Positions 12,196 to 25,891 of a stretch of 64,000 nt of DNA are shown here, in pieces. The DNA comes from Eledone cirrhosa. Its lineage: Eukaryota. The notes beneath the pieces were generated by a model, which searched no databases, was not told the DNA's origin, and was given only the letters and a program-made list of their open reading frames with translations. The translations under genes and the position numbers were made by a program. The stretch is from NCBI GenBank assembly GCA_964016885.1, contig OZ024744.1, positions 57,908,001 to 57,972,000 of the forward strand, in the 5' to 3' direction. Every line of letters begins with the position of its first letter. Position 1 is the stretch's first letter.

Positions 12196-12530
12196 GTGGA
12201 GGCACATGGCTTAGTGGTTAGAGCATTGGCCTTGCAATCGAAAGGTTGTGAGTTCAATTCTCAGACCGGGTGATGTGTTGTTTCCTTGAGCAAGACACTT
12301 TATTTTACATTGCTCCAGTTTAGTCAGCTGTAGAAATGAGATGATAGGGACTGGGTTCCCTATCATTCCACTGTAAAGTGGTCGTGGAGGTGCCATGGCA
12401 AAAAAGCACCCAGCACTCACTGAGGTTGGTGTTAGGAAGGGCATCCAGCTGTAGAAATCAAGCCAGAATCAGTTCCCATCCCACCCTTGCAAGCAGGGAA
12501 AAGCGGATGTAAAATGAAATGATGATGATG
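12196..12530 (+). mobile_element. tRNA-derived CORE-like SINE (family 2) with an RTE-derived tail
   Basis: A box TGGCTTAGTGG, B box GAGTTCAATTC, core-like ccttgagcaagacacttta, (GAT)n tail. Confidence 0.85.
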
Positions 12531-12850
12531 ATATGAAAATGTTTAACCCCCACGGCAGAGCAGAAGCCGTTACGATGGCTATTTCTGGACTATCTAGCTC
12601 CTACCTCCGTAGTTAGAGCACTTTCTGACCCTACCACGCCATATCCTAACTTTTCCACCCAGCTCTAGTTTCATTACCCTCACCAGTACAGAAATAGCCA
12701 TCGAAATGGCTTGAGTTCTGCCGTCGGGGTTAAACATTTTCCTATCATCCACTCTACTACCCTAAGTATTGAGTACCCTGGTGCGTTATTGTCCATCTGG
12801 TTCCTTACCACACCTCCTTCGTTATATATATATATATTTATATATGTGTG

Positions 12851-12885
<35 letters not shown>

Positions 12886-12938
12886 TAATAATAATAAAAA
12901 TAATAATATATATTATAATAATAATAATAATAATAATT

Positions 12939-14946
12939 CGTCTTTCCGTAATGTGGAAACTGTTGACAAGCATTGTGTCTGAGGAAATCTACCATCACCT
13001 GCACACAAACAACTTGTTACCGGATGAACAGAAAGGATGCCGAAAGAAGTCACGTGGTACAAAGGACCAGTTGCTTATTGATAAGATGGTAATGAGGAAT
13101 TGCAAGAGGAGACACACTGATCTTGCCATGGGATGGATAGACTACAAAAAGGCATTTGACATGGTGCCTCATTCTTGGATCACCAAAAGCCTGGAGATCT
13201 TCAAGGTGGCAGATAACATCAGACAGTTGTTGAGCAAGTGTATGAAGTCCTAGAAAACAGAGTTAACATCAGCTGGAGAATCTTTGGGAGGCGTGAAGAT
13301 CAAGAGAGGTATCTTCCAGGGAGATAGTCTGTCCCCTCTGTTGTTTGTGCTTGCCCTGATTCCCCTGACCATTATACTGCGAAAAGTGAGAGCAGCATAC
13401 AAGTTGGGAAAAGGAGAGCTTACCATCAATCACTTCATGGACGATCTTAAGCTCTTCAGGAAGAGTGAGAAGGAGTTGGATGTACTTATTGACACTGACC
13501 GTATTTTCAGCAATGATATATGTATGCAATTTGGTATTAGTAAGTGTGGAGTCCTTGTGATGCAGAGGGGTAAATTGAGCAGAAGCAACGGAATCAAGGT
13601 ACCAACAGGTGAGATGATAAAGGAAATTGACACTGAAGAAGGATAACAATATTAAGGGTTCTGGAGGCTGATGGCATAAAGAACAAAAATAGGAAGGAAT
13701 TGATAAGATCTGAATACATTCGGAGAGTAAGGAGCGTATTAAAGTCACATCTGAACAGTAGGAATGCCATAAGTGCAGTAAATTCCCGAGCTGTGTCTAT
13801 TATTAGGTACAGTGCGGGAATTCTGAGATGGAATGTTGCTGAACAAAAAGAAATGGATAGGAAGATTAGGAAGCTATTGACTATCTACATGTTCCACAAG
13901 AGGAGTGATGTCGATAGACTCTACTTAAGGAGATCTGAAGGTGGAAGAGGTCTTATCAGCATAGAGGACTGTGTTCAGATGGAGAAAAACAACCTACATA
14001 AATACGTGACCGATAGTAAGGAGCCAATGCTCAGAATTGTACTGAAGGAGAGGACAATAGACCAGGGGATGTCCAAGGAGGAAATAACAACAAGGAGAAA
14101 GAGCAACCTTCATGAAAAATCCCTTCATAGTACCTTCTTTGAAAAAACTGAATTCAGAGATCCACAGACATGGAACTGGTTGAAAAGAGGAGACCTTAAA
14201 AAGGCTACAGAAGGAATGCTAATGGCTGCGCAAGAGCAGGCCCTCAAAACGAAGTGGCTGAAACACCATATTTACAAGGAGGAGGCTAGCCCACTGTGCA
14301 GGATCTGTGGAGAGAGAGAGGAAACTGTGGCTCACATTGTATCCGAGTGTAAACACCTAGCCCAGACTCACTATAAAGGCTGGAGACATGATGTGATGGG
14401 CAGGGTGATCCACTGGCACCTATGCAAAGTAAACAATTTATCACATTCTGAGAAGTGGTATGAGCATAAGCCAGAGTCGGTGATAGAAACTGATCAGGTG
14501 AAGGTGCTGTGGGATTTTAGGATACAGACGGACAAGAAACTGGAACACAATAGACCTGACCTGGTGGTTTTGGACAAGGAAAAAAGATTGTGCCTGATTG
14601 TAGATGTAGCCTACCCATTCGACACGAGAGTGCAAGAGAAGGAGAGGGAGAAAATTAACCGATACCAAGACTTAAAGTGGGAGGTAAAAAGGATTTGAAA
14701 CTGCCATGAAGTCAAAGTGGTCCCGATTGTTATAGATGCACTAGGTACTATCTCAAGGAGTTTCCAGGGATGGTTAAAGAAGATTAGTCCAGCCCCGCTT
14801 TTTGGAACACTTCAAAAGGCATGCTTGCTGGGAACAGCAAGAACCCTCTGATACATCCTGAATATCTGAGGCTGCAGGTAGCAGCTTGATATTCATTTCA
14901 ACAAACTTTCCAGTTAACTAACATCAATGACTGAGACTCAAAGAAC
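12939..14946 (+). mobile_element. R4/Dong-type RLE LINE, 5'-truncated, in (TAA)n
   Basis: [59 protein letters not shown] restriction-like endonuclease; (TAA)n on both sides. Confidence 0.93.
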
Positions 14947-14964
14947 AATAATAATAATAATAAT

Positions 14965-15150
14965 AATCGTTTCTACTTTTGGCACAAGGCCAGCAAATAC
15001 CCAGTACATTACTGGTACTTTATTTTATTGACCCCGTAAGGATGAAAGGCAAAGTTAACCTCGGCGGAATTTGAACTCAGATTGTAAAGGGACGTAACTC
15101 TATGTGTCAAAGCATGGCGTCCGACCCTCTACCGATACTGCCAATTCACT
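14965..15150 (-). mobile_element. SINE family 1
   Basis: Homologous to 62684-62871; further copies at 19441-19627, 41901-42089, 47360-47466 and 52912-53070. Confidence 0.85.
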
Positions 15151-15579
15151 AATAATAATAAACTTTAATCTGTTATTTTAATAAATATATACATATAGAT
15201 ATATAGTTTTTTTCTATTTAATTGCTAAACCTGTAGATATTGTTCTCTATACAGTAACGGTAAAACTCACTTGTAATAATTCTTTACACACATCTCACTG
15301 TGTAACACACTTCTATTTGTGTAATATATTTACATTTGAGCTCAGAAGAAAATTCTCTATTCTTCTTTGAGCTAATATTATTATTATTATTATTACTGTG
15401 AACTGCGGAATACTCTTAATTCCGATCTTTGTATATATATATATATATACAGATGCATATACACACAAGAATAGTTTTGTTCAATACACAATAATATTGA
15501 TCCTATTGTCTGGCAGTCGCTGGATAAAAAAGTTATAAAAAGAACCAGTCAGAGTATATACATCAGATATTATCTAGAC

Positions 15580-16590
15580 AAACATATTAATGACATAGAT
15601 GCCAAATTAAAGAATGCCACAGTACTGAAATATGCAGGTGATATCGAGCTGTACCTTGAGATAAAAAGGACAGATCCTGAACACTATAGATCTTGCCTGC
15701 AATCTGACCTGGACACAATGCAACAATGGATCACAGACTGACAACTCAAGTTGGCTGTGGACAAGTGTACCACCATGCATTTTGGGAGTAAAAACCCACT
15801 GTCCACTTACTCCCTCCACAACACTAATATCAAGAGGTCTTCTTGTGAACGTGACCTGGGCATTACGGTCAGCAGCTATTTGCGTTGGACAAAGCACGTC
15901 TCTAAAATTGTCGAGAAGGCTGAGGGTGTCTTAGCATCACTCAGCAAGACCTTTGTCAGCTGCTCTCCAGCTATCTATTTAAAGCTGTATGTAGCTATGG
16001 TACTTAGAATTTGCATCACCAGTCTGGAATCCCTATATTGCTCAGAACATTGACTGCCTGGAAACTGTTCAGAGATGTGCAACCAAGCGAATACCCTTCA
16101 TCAGGCATCTACCATACTCTGAACGCCTTGCTTCCCTGGGCATGGATACATTGAAGCTCCGACATCTGGCAACTGACTTGGTAAACACCCACAAAATTGT
16201 TAACCATCTTGCCAACAACAACCCTGAGCACCTTTTTGATTTCCATGTGCCTAACACATGAGGGCGTGCCAACAAAGTCAGAAAACAGCGCAGCTCCCAT
16301 GACTTTCGGAAACACTTTTTCACGCTCAGAGTGGCTGAAGTATGGAACAAACTCCCTGCACCAGTTGTTAGCTGTCGAGACACTGGATCCTTTAAAACTT
16401 CCATGCTTGCTGAGATTCACCAACTACACCTAATGTTCCCCCTCCATACACATACACACATGTATATCATGACTCATACACTATTCACTTCCCTAACATT
16501 TGTACATTATTCTATGTACTATGCATGCACCTTTGATGAGTTGCAGTGCACCTGAGCACAGTACACAAAAATTTCATTATTATTATTATT
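15580..16590 (+). mobile_element. CR1-clade LINE 3' fragment
   Basis: INDI..LKYAGDI, LQSDLD, KCTTMHFG, ERDLGI, ASPVWNP, LETVQR, FFTLRVAEVWNKLP; (TTA)n tail. Confidence 0.85.
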
Positions 16591-17160
16591 TTATATCTTT
16601 GCCTTTCATCCTTACGGGGTCGATAAAATAAAGTACCAATAATGCACTGGGTAATTGCTGGCCTTGTGCCAAAAGTAGAAACAATTATTATTTTATATCT
16701 GAAACTATGTGTAGATATAAAGGCAAACTAAAAGTGGAAAGGCAAGTAATGAGCTTACATGAAGATGATAAATACCAATTCTTCAGGTCTATATAGACCT
16801 GTTTTGAGCTGACAAGAAATAATGCAGATTACCATTATTAGATAAAAGGCATCATTAAGATGTTAGGCTCATCCTCAGAAGGCAATATCTTATTGTATAT
16901 ACATAGCTTCAGTTGACATACATGCAGTCAAATCACACAAATGTGAAAGTACATGTATAATGATGTCTAAGTAGAAGGAGATGAGCAGGCCAACAGGAAT
17001 GTTAAAAATAGCCCCTTGTTAGATCCATAAGTCAGCTTAACTAAATTTAAATTTTAGGAGTAGAGATACAAGAATAATTTTAATCAATACATAATAACAT
17101 TGATCATATTGTTTGGCAATTGCTCAATGAGAAAACAGTTGCCAAAAGAACCAATATATA

Positions 17161-17211
<51 letters not shown>

Positions 17212-17514
17212 ATACATTTATTGATTGGTGGTGCGTGCTTCACTATTGATCAGCTCAAGGTTCGATATGTATCGATCTTGCCCGACTCTGGAATCAAAAG
17301 CTCCCTGTATATATATATATATAAATCCAATTTCCACGCTAGCACGGGTTAGACTGGTTGTCCCATTTGAGGTAAGTAGGGTCAGATGACCATGTCTGGC
17401 TCATACATAACTGTTTTTACAGCTGGATGCTGTTAGGAGGGGCATCCAGCTGTAGAAATCAAGCCAGAATCAGTTCCAGTATGAGCAAGACAAGGTCAGC
17501 CGACCGGACACTAC

Positions 17515-17745
<231 letters not shown>

Positions 17746-17756
17746 CATACATACAT

Positions 17757-18140
17757 ACATGGCTTAGTGGTTAGAGCATTGGCCTTGCAATCAAAAGGTT
17801 GAGAGTTCAATTCTCAGACCAGGTGATGTGTTGTTTCCTTGAGCAAGACACTTTATTTCACATTGCTCCAGTTTACTCAGCTGTAGAAATGAGATGATAG
17901 GGACTAGGGTCCATATCATTCCATTACAAAGTGGTCATGGAGGTGCCACGGCAAAAAAGCACCCAGCACTCACTGTAAAGTGGACGTGTAGGCGCCACGG
18001 AAAAAAAGCACCCAGCACTCACTGTAAATGAGGTTGGTGTTAGGAAGGGCATCCAGCTGTAGAAATCAAGCCAGAATCAGTTACCGTCCTACCCTTGCAA
18101 GCAGAGAAAAGTGGACGAATAATGATGATGATGATGATGA
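17757..18140 (+). mobile_element. SINE family 2
   Basis: Same structure as 12196-12530 with one additional ~43-bp internal unit. Confidence 0.85.
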
Positions 18141-19195
18141 TACATTTATATATATAAAGAATTGAATTATAAGTGGAAATATCGTCTTAAGTCATCTCTG
18201 TATCAAGATATAGAAAAGCTTAATGTACAATAATCACCATACAAGTCGGAATATTCCAATGTGGTGAAACATTGTGTAGGTTGAGGATAATTGAAGATAA
18301 AAATACTACAGAGGATAATATAACATTAGAGAAAGATTAACGAAAGATATACACCAAATTAACAACATTTATTTGCAACATATGTTTCAATTGGTGGAGA
18401 TAGGAACACAGTTAAGTTCATAATTAACATTAAAAACGTTAACATTAAAATAATTGTATTATCAATATAAAATACAATATACCTTGACAATGGTAAATTG
18501 GGGTAGCTTCATAATTTTTTTTTTTTTTTTTTTTTGCAGCAACACTGAATTGGTAAACTTTTATTTTACATTTTATATATTGTAAATTATTTATATAATT
18601 CATACTCCATTATGACTAATTTGTTTGCCTTTTCAATATTTGTGCTTCTAATGCTTTTTTCTGTGGACAGTTTTTGGTATTTCTTGTCAATATAAATTGA
18701 CAAAATATGTTTCAGAACTTTTTTTATCATTCCTGAAGAGATTGTGTAGATAATTTGATATATTGTCATTGATAACAAAATTATTATTAATGTTAACTTT
18801 TTAATGTGAACTTAATTGCATTCCTATCTGCACCAATCAAAACATATATCAAAAATAAATGTTGTTAATTTTATATATATCTTTGGCTAATCTTTCTCTA
18901 ATTTCATATATATATGTAATATTATAGAGTAATAATAATAATATTTATACTTATATATGGTTTATATATAATTATAAATATGGAGGGTAGTACTAAACAC
19001 TAACCAATTACCAGTAAGAGAAAAGGCTCAATGTAAATTATCAGATGTATTACAGAGCCGAGATACAAAATATAAAACAATCAAATCTTAGTTTAATACA
19101 TTTAATTAGTGCCAATTGTTGCTTCCAGACGAACGTCTGGAATCATCGGAGCATACACAATGTTTAAACAGGTAATTAAAATTTATAATAATTTA

Positions 19196-19253
<58 letters not shown>

Positions 19254-19659
19254 TCATAGAAACATATATATATTTAAACATAGTCACAGATACATACCTG
19301 AGTGTAGGCTACCTTCAGCAGTGTGGCTCGATGGGTGAATGAATTAAATAAATAATTATCAATCAGAACTATATAAAACTTTGAAGAATAGTCAGACAAA
19401 ATTTTGTCTGACAATTCTTCAAACTTTTTTTATATATATATAATTGTTTCTACTTTTGGCACAAGGCCAGCAATTACCTAGTGCATTGCTGGTACTTTAT
19501 TTTATCGACCCCGTAAGGATGAAAGGCAAAGTCAACCTCGGCGGGATTTGAACTCAGATCGTAGAGGGACGTAACTATGCTGGAAAGCATGGCGTCCGAC
19601 CCTCTACCGATACTGCTAATCCACCGTATATATATATATAATATCATATATATATATAT

Positions 19660-20180
19660 TGGATCTGCTAATATGCAGATCTGACTGATCAGCCAGTCTG
19701 TTAATATGCAAATCAAGCTGATCAGTCACTGTATATTTTAGAAAATAGCATATATTTTCACTAGCTCTAACAGTTGGCAGGTGAACAGTGAACTCTACTG
19801 ATGAAGGGTAATCACCTAGGAACATTAGTGTCTGCAGTTCTGTTTACATGCCAACACTAGAGTAAGAATGAGGGGTTCATTCTACTGACATGGCTTTGTT
19901 TGCCTAATTGCAAACGAATCAAATATTATTATTAATATTCGAAAAACTCAGATTACATTTATTGTATTCAGCCATGTAGAGCAAAATTTTGTTATATATA
20001 TATATATAGTATATATATATATATTATTAATATTAAAAAAACTCAGATTACATTTATTGTATTCAGCCATGTAGAGCTAAATTTTGTTATATATATATAT
20101 AGTATATATATATAAAAATTTAGCTCTACATGGCTGAATACAATAAATGTAATCTGAGTTTTTTTAATATTAATAATATA
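19660..20180 (+). mobile_element. Second H2 copy, with tandem and inverted duplications of its 3' end
   Basis: Homologous to 3813-4150; hammerhead at 19781-19847 has GAAA changed to GGAA; 20022-20085 and 20115-20178 are inverted copies of each other. Confidence 0.78.
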
Positions 20181-20211
20181 TATATATATATCATCATCAT
20201 ATATATATATA

Positions 20212-20660
20212 TCATCATCATCATCGTTTAATGTCTATCTTCCATACTAGCATGGGTTAGACGGGATTGCTCTACTTGAGACAAGTTGGGTCGGGTGACT
20301 GTGTCTCACTCATATAGGACTGTTTCTGGATGGTTTTCTATGGCTGGATGCCTTTCCTAATGCCAACCACATTTACAGTGTGTGCTGGGTGTTTTTTGTC
20401 ATGACACATACATGACCACTTTACAGAGTAGGCGGAGCACTTTTTGTTGTGACACCTACACGACCACTTTACAGTGTGGACTGGGTGCTTTTTGTCGTGA
20501 CACTTACACGACCACCTTGCAGTGTGGACTGGCTGCTTTTTGTCATGACACCTACATGACCACTTTACAGTATGTGCTGGGTGCTTTTGTCGTGACACCT
20601 ACATGACCACTTTACAGTGTGGGCTGGGTGCTTTTTTTCTTGAGACGCCATCACAACCAC
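20212..20660 (-). mobile_element. Non-autonomous RTE-tailed element with a ~43-bp tandem array (about 6-7 units at 20365-20660)
   Basis: Unit accactttacagtgtggactgggtgctttttgtcgtgacacctacacg; 3' end acccatgctagtatggaagatagac + (GAT)n, as in RTE family A. Confidence 0.75.
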
Positions 20661-21423
20661 CTTATATATATATATGTGTGTGTATGTGTCTGTGTCTGTG
20701 TGTGTGTCTGTGTGCATATGTATCTGTGTGTATATATCCATATATGTATGAATGTTTCCATGTTTATATGTGTTTTTACACTCCATGACTTGGCAGTTCA
20801 ATAAAAAAGAGATTGACAAAATAAATACCAAACTTAAAAAAAAAATAGTGCTGAGAATCTTAAGATTCAAGGAGTCATCCCAGTATGACTGCAGTCTTAA
20901 GAGTGAAACCAGAAAAAATAAAACACTAAATGAAATTGTTTTTTTTTTTAAAAAAAAAGGAAATTCATTATATAATTCAGGTTTAAAATGAAAAGAACAT
21001 TTTCACATGAAGTCAACCGAATGCCTGGCCACTGGAGTGAGAGTGAGTAGGAAAAACAAAAACAAAAACAAAAAACCCAACAGAACCTCCTAAGAATTTT
21101 CAGTGTACATTGAACTCTCACAATCAAGAAATGAGGGTGTGTGTGGAGGCAAGAAGGAGTATGGAGGGAAATGGGGTGGAAATACAATGTCAAATGACTG
21201 ACTGCGGGGGGGGGGGGGGGGGGGGGGGGTTAGATGATTCTCAGTACAGCCAGTAGTCAGCTTGGCCTATCTGATACAAACAATTATGACCGACTAGTAG
21301 CAGCTCATTAATACCCATCATTATGGGCAATTAGTTAAATACTATTTCCCAGTGACTCTGTCCTCCTCCCTCTATCTCCCCCCTTTTATCTCTCAGCTCT
21401 GTCTCTCTCTTTATCTTCCTCTT

Positions 21424-21454
<31 letters not shown>

Positions 21455-21849
21455 CTTTTTATCTGTCTCCTTCTTTATAATGGGTCGTATTCATTGCTAA
21501 AAATATCTATTTTAGACACCAAAATGAAAATAAGACCGAGTGTCTAGGTTTAAAAAGAAAATGTACTCAGAATTAAGCATGTCCACTTGTCTTTCTTTTG
21601 GTAAACTAAATCAAATACCAGGAATTAGGTTAGTATAACAAAATATAAGAAACACTTCAGCTTCACAATTTAAACAAAACAAAAAAGAAAACTTTACACA
21701 CACACACACATACTCCCATCACATCCCACCCACATATATATAAACCATAAGTCCTTCAGTAATACCTGTAGAATTCTCAGCTAATAAATTTTTTAAGTGT
21801 ATATATATGTGTGTGTGTGTGCACATACATATATTGGCATAGCAGTACA

Positions 21850-22865
21850 ATCATAAATAATTACAAGGGCAAAGGTGATGCTCTAGAAAGGAGCAACTAT
21901 AGAGGATAAACCAAGTTATAAAACTGACAGAAACAGATTTAGCAGAGCTAATTAGAGAAAGGGTCAAATTAGATGAGATGTAGTTAGGTTTTATGCCTGG
22001 GAAAAGTACTACAGATGCCCTCTTCTTAGTGAGACAACTACAGAAGAAGTTACTAGCCAAGAATAAGCCACTATATTTAATTTTTGTTGGTCTAGAAAAG
22101 GCCTTTGACAGAGTAACCTCATTCTTTTATCTGATGGTCCTTAAGAAATTTAAGTGTAGAAGAATGGTTTATGAGAGCAGTGCAATCTGTTAGTAAAGTG
22201 AGAGTAGGAAGTGAGTTCAGTGAGGAATTCAAGGTACAGGTAGAAGTTCATCAGGGTTTGGTTCTCAGCCCACTTCTGTTCACCATAGTTCTCTAGGCCA
22301 TAACAGAGGATTTTAAGACTGACTGTTCATGGGAACTTTACTGTGTGGATAATCTGGTTCTTATAGTTGAATCCATACAAGAACTAGAGAATGAGTTCCA
22401 ACTATGGAAACAGAATTAAAAATCAAATGGGCTGTGAGTAAACTTAGAAAAAACTAAAGTGTTAGTAGATAGGAAAACAGATAGGACCATCAGAGAAGTG
22501 GCCCTGCTCAATATGTAGAAAAAGAGTAAGCAAAAACTATAGTGTACACAATGTAAATCTTGGGTATTCAAGCGATGTAGTGGGATAATGAGTTGACTAA
22601 CAGAAAGGGAGAACTTTGTATGTAAAAGATGCAGAGAGGTAATCAGGTGGGAGAGTGTCATTGATATAAACCTCTTCAAGTCACAGGGAGTGTCCATAGA
22701 AGTGGTTGATAGCTTCTGTTATCTAGATGACTTAATTAGCAACAGAGGAGGATGCTCTGAGAGCATAATAGGTAGAATAAGTATAGTATGGAAGAAGTTT
22801 AGAGAGCTACTCCCACTGTTGACAATAAAGGGTTTTTCCCTACACACAAAAGGATGGCTGTATGA
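21850..22865 (+). mobile_element. Old RTE-clade LINE fragment
   Basis: [47 protein letters not shown]; many stops. Confidence 0.85.
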
Positions 22866-23514
22866 TGCGTTTAACATCCATTTTCCACGCTAGCATGGTT
22901 TAGATCAGTTGTCCCATTGGAGGCAAGTTGGGTCAGGTGACCGTGTCTTGCTCAAATAGAAGTAGGTGTAGAAATCATGAAGATGATGATGATGATGATG
23001 GGGAGGAGGAGGAGGATATATTTTCAGTTTTTGCTAGACTTGTCTGTGTGATTCATCAACAAAGGAACCTCCAAGTTTTATATGCAGTTTAGTTGTATCT
23101 CACTAAGTCTAAATCTGGAACTAGATTCTAGCTTTGGACTGAATGTGTTCTACCACTGCAACAAAGGTCAAGGAAATCAAGCAGTGAAAATATGTATCAC
23201 TGCTCATCATCATCATCATCATCATGCTCATCAGCATCATTATCATCATGCTCATCATCATCACCCCCCCCCCCACTACCACCCCCACAACCACCATCAC
23301 CATTTGACAGCACACGAACAGACAGCCCCAATCCTCCTCCTTCACCCTTTGGAGCTATCATATAATCAGTGTGGTCCCATGGTTGATTAATTACCTCTGG
23401 CCACCAGTGAGGTTTGAAACCTTTAACAAAGTCTGAGAACAACTATCACAAAAGTTTTCATTCAATACTCTAATGATTCTGTCAATCCACCTTATTCTAT
23501 CAACCCTGAATGTA

Positions 23515-23820
23515 AGGCACTCCGTCAGTTACGACAAAGAGTGTTCCTGTCAATCCGATCAACAGAACAGCCTGCTTCTGAAATTAACGTGCAAGTGGCT
23601 GAGCATTCCACAGACACACGTACCCTTAACAAAGTTCTCAGGGAGATTCAGTGTGACACAGAACATGACAAGGCTGGCCCTTCAAATTATAGGTACAACT
23701 CATTTTTGCTAGTTGAGTGAACTAGGGCAATGTGAAATAAAGTGTCTTGCTCAAGAACATAGCATGCCACTGGGAATCGCACTCATGACCTTATGATCAT
23801 GAGCCAAATTCCCTAACCAC
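23515..23820 (-). mobile_element. CORE-like SINE (family 3)
   Basis: tRNA-like head and core shared with family 2 but a different tail; copies at 48710-48940 and 54668-54975. Confidence 0.75.
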
Positions 23821-24370
23821 AAACCCTGGTAAATGGTATAGTTGACCTTGGCAGTATTTGAACTTAAAGAGCAAAGATTCTGAACAGATATTACAAGATA
23901 TTCTGTCTGATAATCTGACAACTCTACCATGAGATACGTGTGTAGCAGTCATATATTAGTTTTACAGCTAGATACCCTTCCTGGCACCAACCCTTTTAGT
24001 TATTAGTTAAAACATGTAGGGATGTGGTGTACCTATTCCTAACTAGATGCATTTTAATAATTTCAAGGTTCCCCATGGGGGTTATAAGGCCTTGCGCTTT
24101 TAAAAGTTATCCCTTAAATCTGCACTGTTAAAACCATGTAGTTATAAACCATACTTCTTCACCACATAGCCATGTCTTGCTTTGGTGAAATGTAATCTGG
24201 AAGAGGCCACAATTTCAGTCTGTTTTCAACATGAGTCAAGTTTTAAACTCATTGAACCAGACGAATTGAGTCTAGTCAAGTGCAATTTACTCTTCTTTTT
24301 TCTTCTACTTCTTCTACTTCTTCTTCTTCCTCATCTACATTCTCTCTACCCCATTCTCTCTCTTTGTCCC

Positions 24371-24513
<143 letters not shown>

Positions 24514-24905
24514 CTTCATTACTATTATTATTATTGTTATTATTTATTACACACATATATTACCTGGGTGGCATTACTATATCTGTTTGGGGAAGTGAAC
24601 AACCACTGAATTGGATGGTGTGTGAGCCTGTGTCTGTGTGTGCGTCTGTGTGCATGTGTGTGTTGGGTAGTTCCCCACCACACGCCACCCCACCCTCGCC
24701 CCATCCACTTCCTCCCTTTCCTGGGAACAAATGTAAGGTCATGGGGTCATGGTATTCAGTTATTTGTTTATTTGTTTACAGCTTGCAATTGTGGTCAGTT
24801 GGTCAGTTTGCTGGTTACAATTACATTGTCTTTAGCTAGAGAGAAGGGTTGGGGTGGAGGGGGGGGGGGGGCATTTATTTAACTGGACTGATCATTGTTT
24901 AATTA

Positions 24906-25390
24906 GTGGTGGTGGTGGTGGTGGTGATGGTGGTGGTGGAGGTGGTGGTGGTGGTGGTGGAGGTGGTGGTGGTGGTGGTGGTGGTGGTGGTGGTGGTCGT
25001 GTTGGTGATGACTGGTTGTAGTGGGAGTCGCAGGTGGCAGTTGTGTTGTTATTGTTGTTGTTGTTGGTGGCGGCAGTTGTGTTGTTGTTATTGTTATTGT
25101 TGTTGTTGTTGGTAGTGGTGGAGGTGGTGGTGGTGGTGGCAGGTGGCAGTTGTGTTGTTGTTGTTGGTGGTGGTGGTGGTGATGGTGGTGGTAGTGTTGG
25201 TGGTGGTGGTGGCGACAGTGGTGGTGGTGGTGGTGGCAGGTGATAGATTTTGTTGTTGTTATTGTTGATGTTGTTGTTGTTGGTGGTGGTGTTCCTGTTA
25301 CCTGTAGGTGGTGGTGGTGGTGACAGTGGTGGTGATGGTGGTGGTGGCAGTAGTGTTGGTGATCATCATCATCATCATCATCATCATTTG
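24906..25390. repeat. (GGT)n/(GTT)n compound microsatellite
   Basis: Direct reading; a (CT)n tract lies nearby at 24371-24510. Confidence 0.95.
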
Positions 25391-25694
25391 CCTCTAGTAA
25401 CCATCACAATTTTCCTCTAGTCAATGCATCTTTCCTAATCAGTTGCAGTCTTATGATTGTGTAACTATGTGTGTGTGCAGGTGCGTCGCAGGTGTGTGTG
25501 TACAGGTGTGTGCACAGGTGTATTTGTGCAGGTGTGTTTGTAGGTGTGCATATATATATATGTGTGTATGTGTGTTTCATTACGTTTCTATCGATCTATA
25601 CAAATGTATGTAAACAGAAAAACTGCATTTTTACATGCAAATGATATGAACTTGCACAGATTTCATATTGTGGTTTATTTTATTTAATACATCA

Positions 25695-25858
25695 ATCTTC
25701 TTCTTACTCTTCCTCTTCTTACTCTTCCTCTTCTTACTCTTCTTCTTATTATTATTATTATTATTCTACTTACTCTTCTTCTTCTTCTTCTTCTTCTTCT
25801 TCTTCTTCTTCTTCTTCTTCTTCTTCTTCTTCTTCTTCTTCTTCTTCTTCTTCTTCTT

Positions 25859-25891
<33 letters not shown>

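Noticed and set aside
12196-12275. tRNA gene
   Set aside because: A and B boxes are present but the sequence continues into a SINE core and tail; there is no complete cloverleaf
19108-19165. Minus-strand hammerhead-like motif (CCGATGA-ttccagac/gtctggaa-GCAA)
   Set aside because: Both core boxes are mutated and no UH site is present; at best a dead relic
20365-20660. CRISPR-like periodicity
   Set aside because: The whole 43-bp unit repeats with no unique spacers, there are no cas genes, and the context is a eukaryotic retroposon
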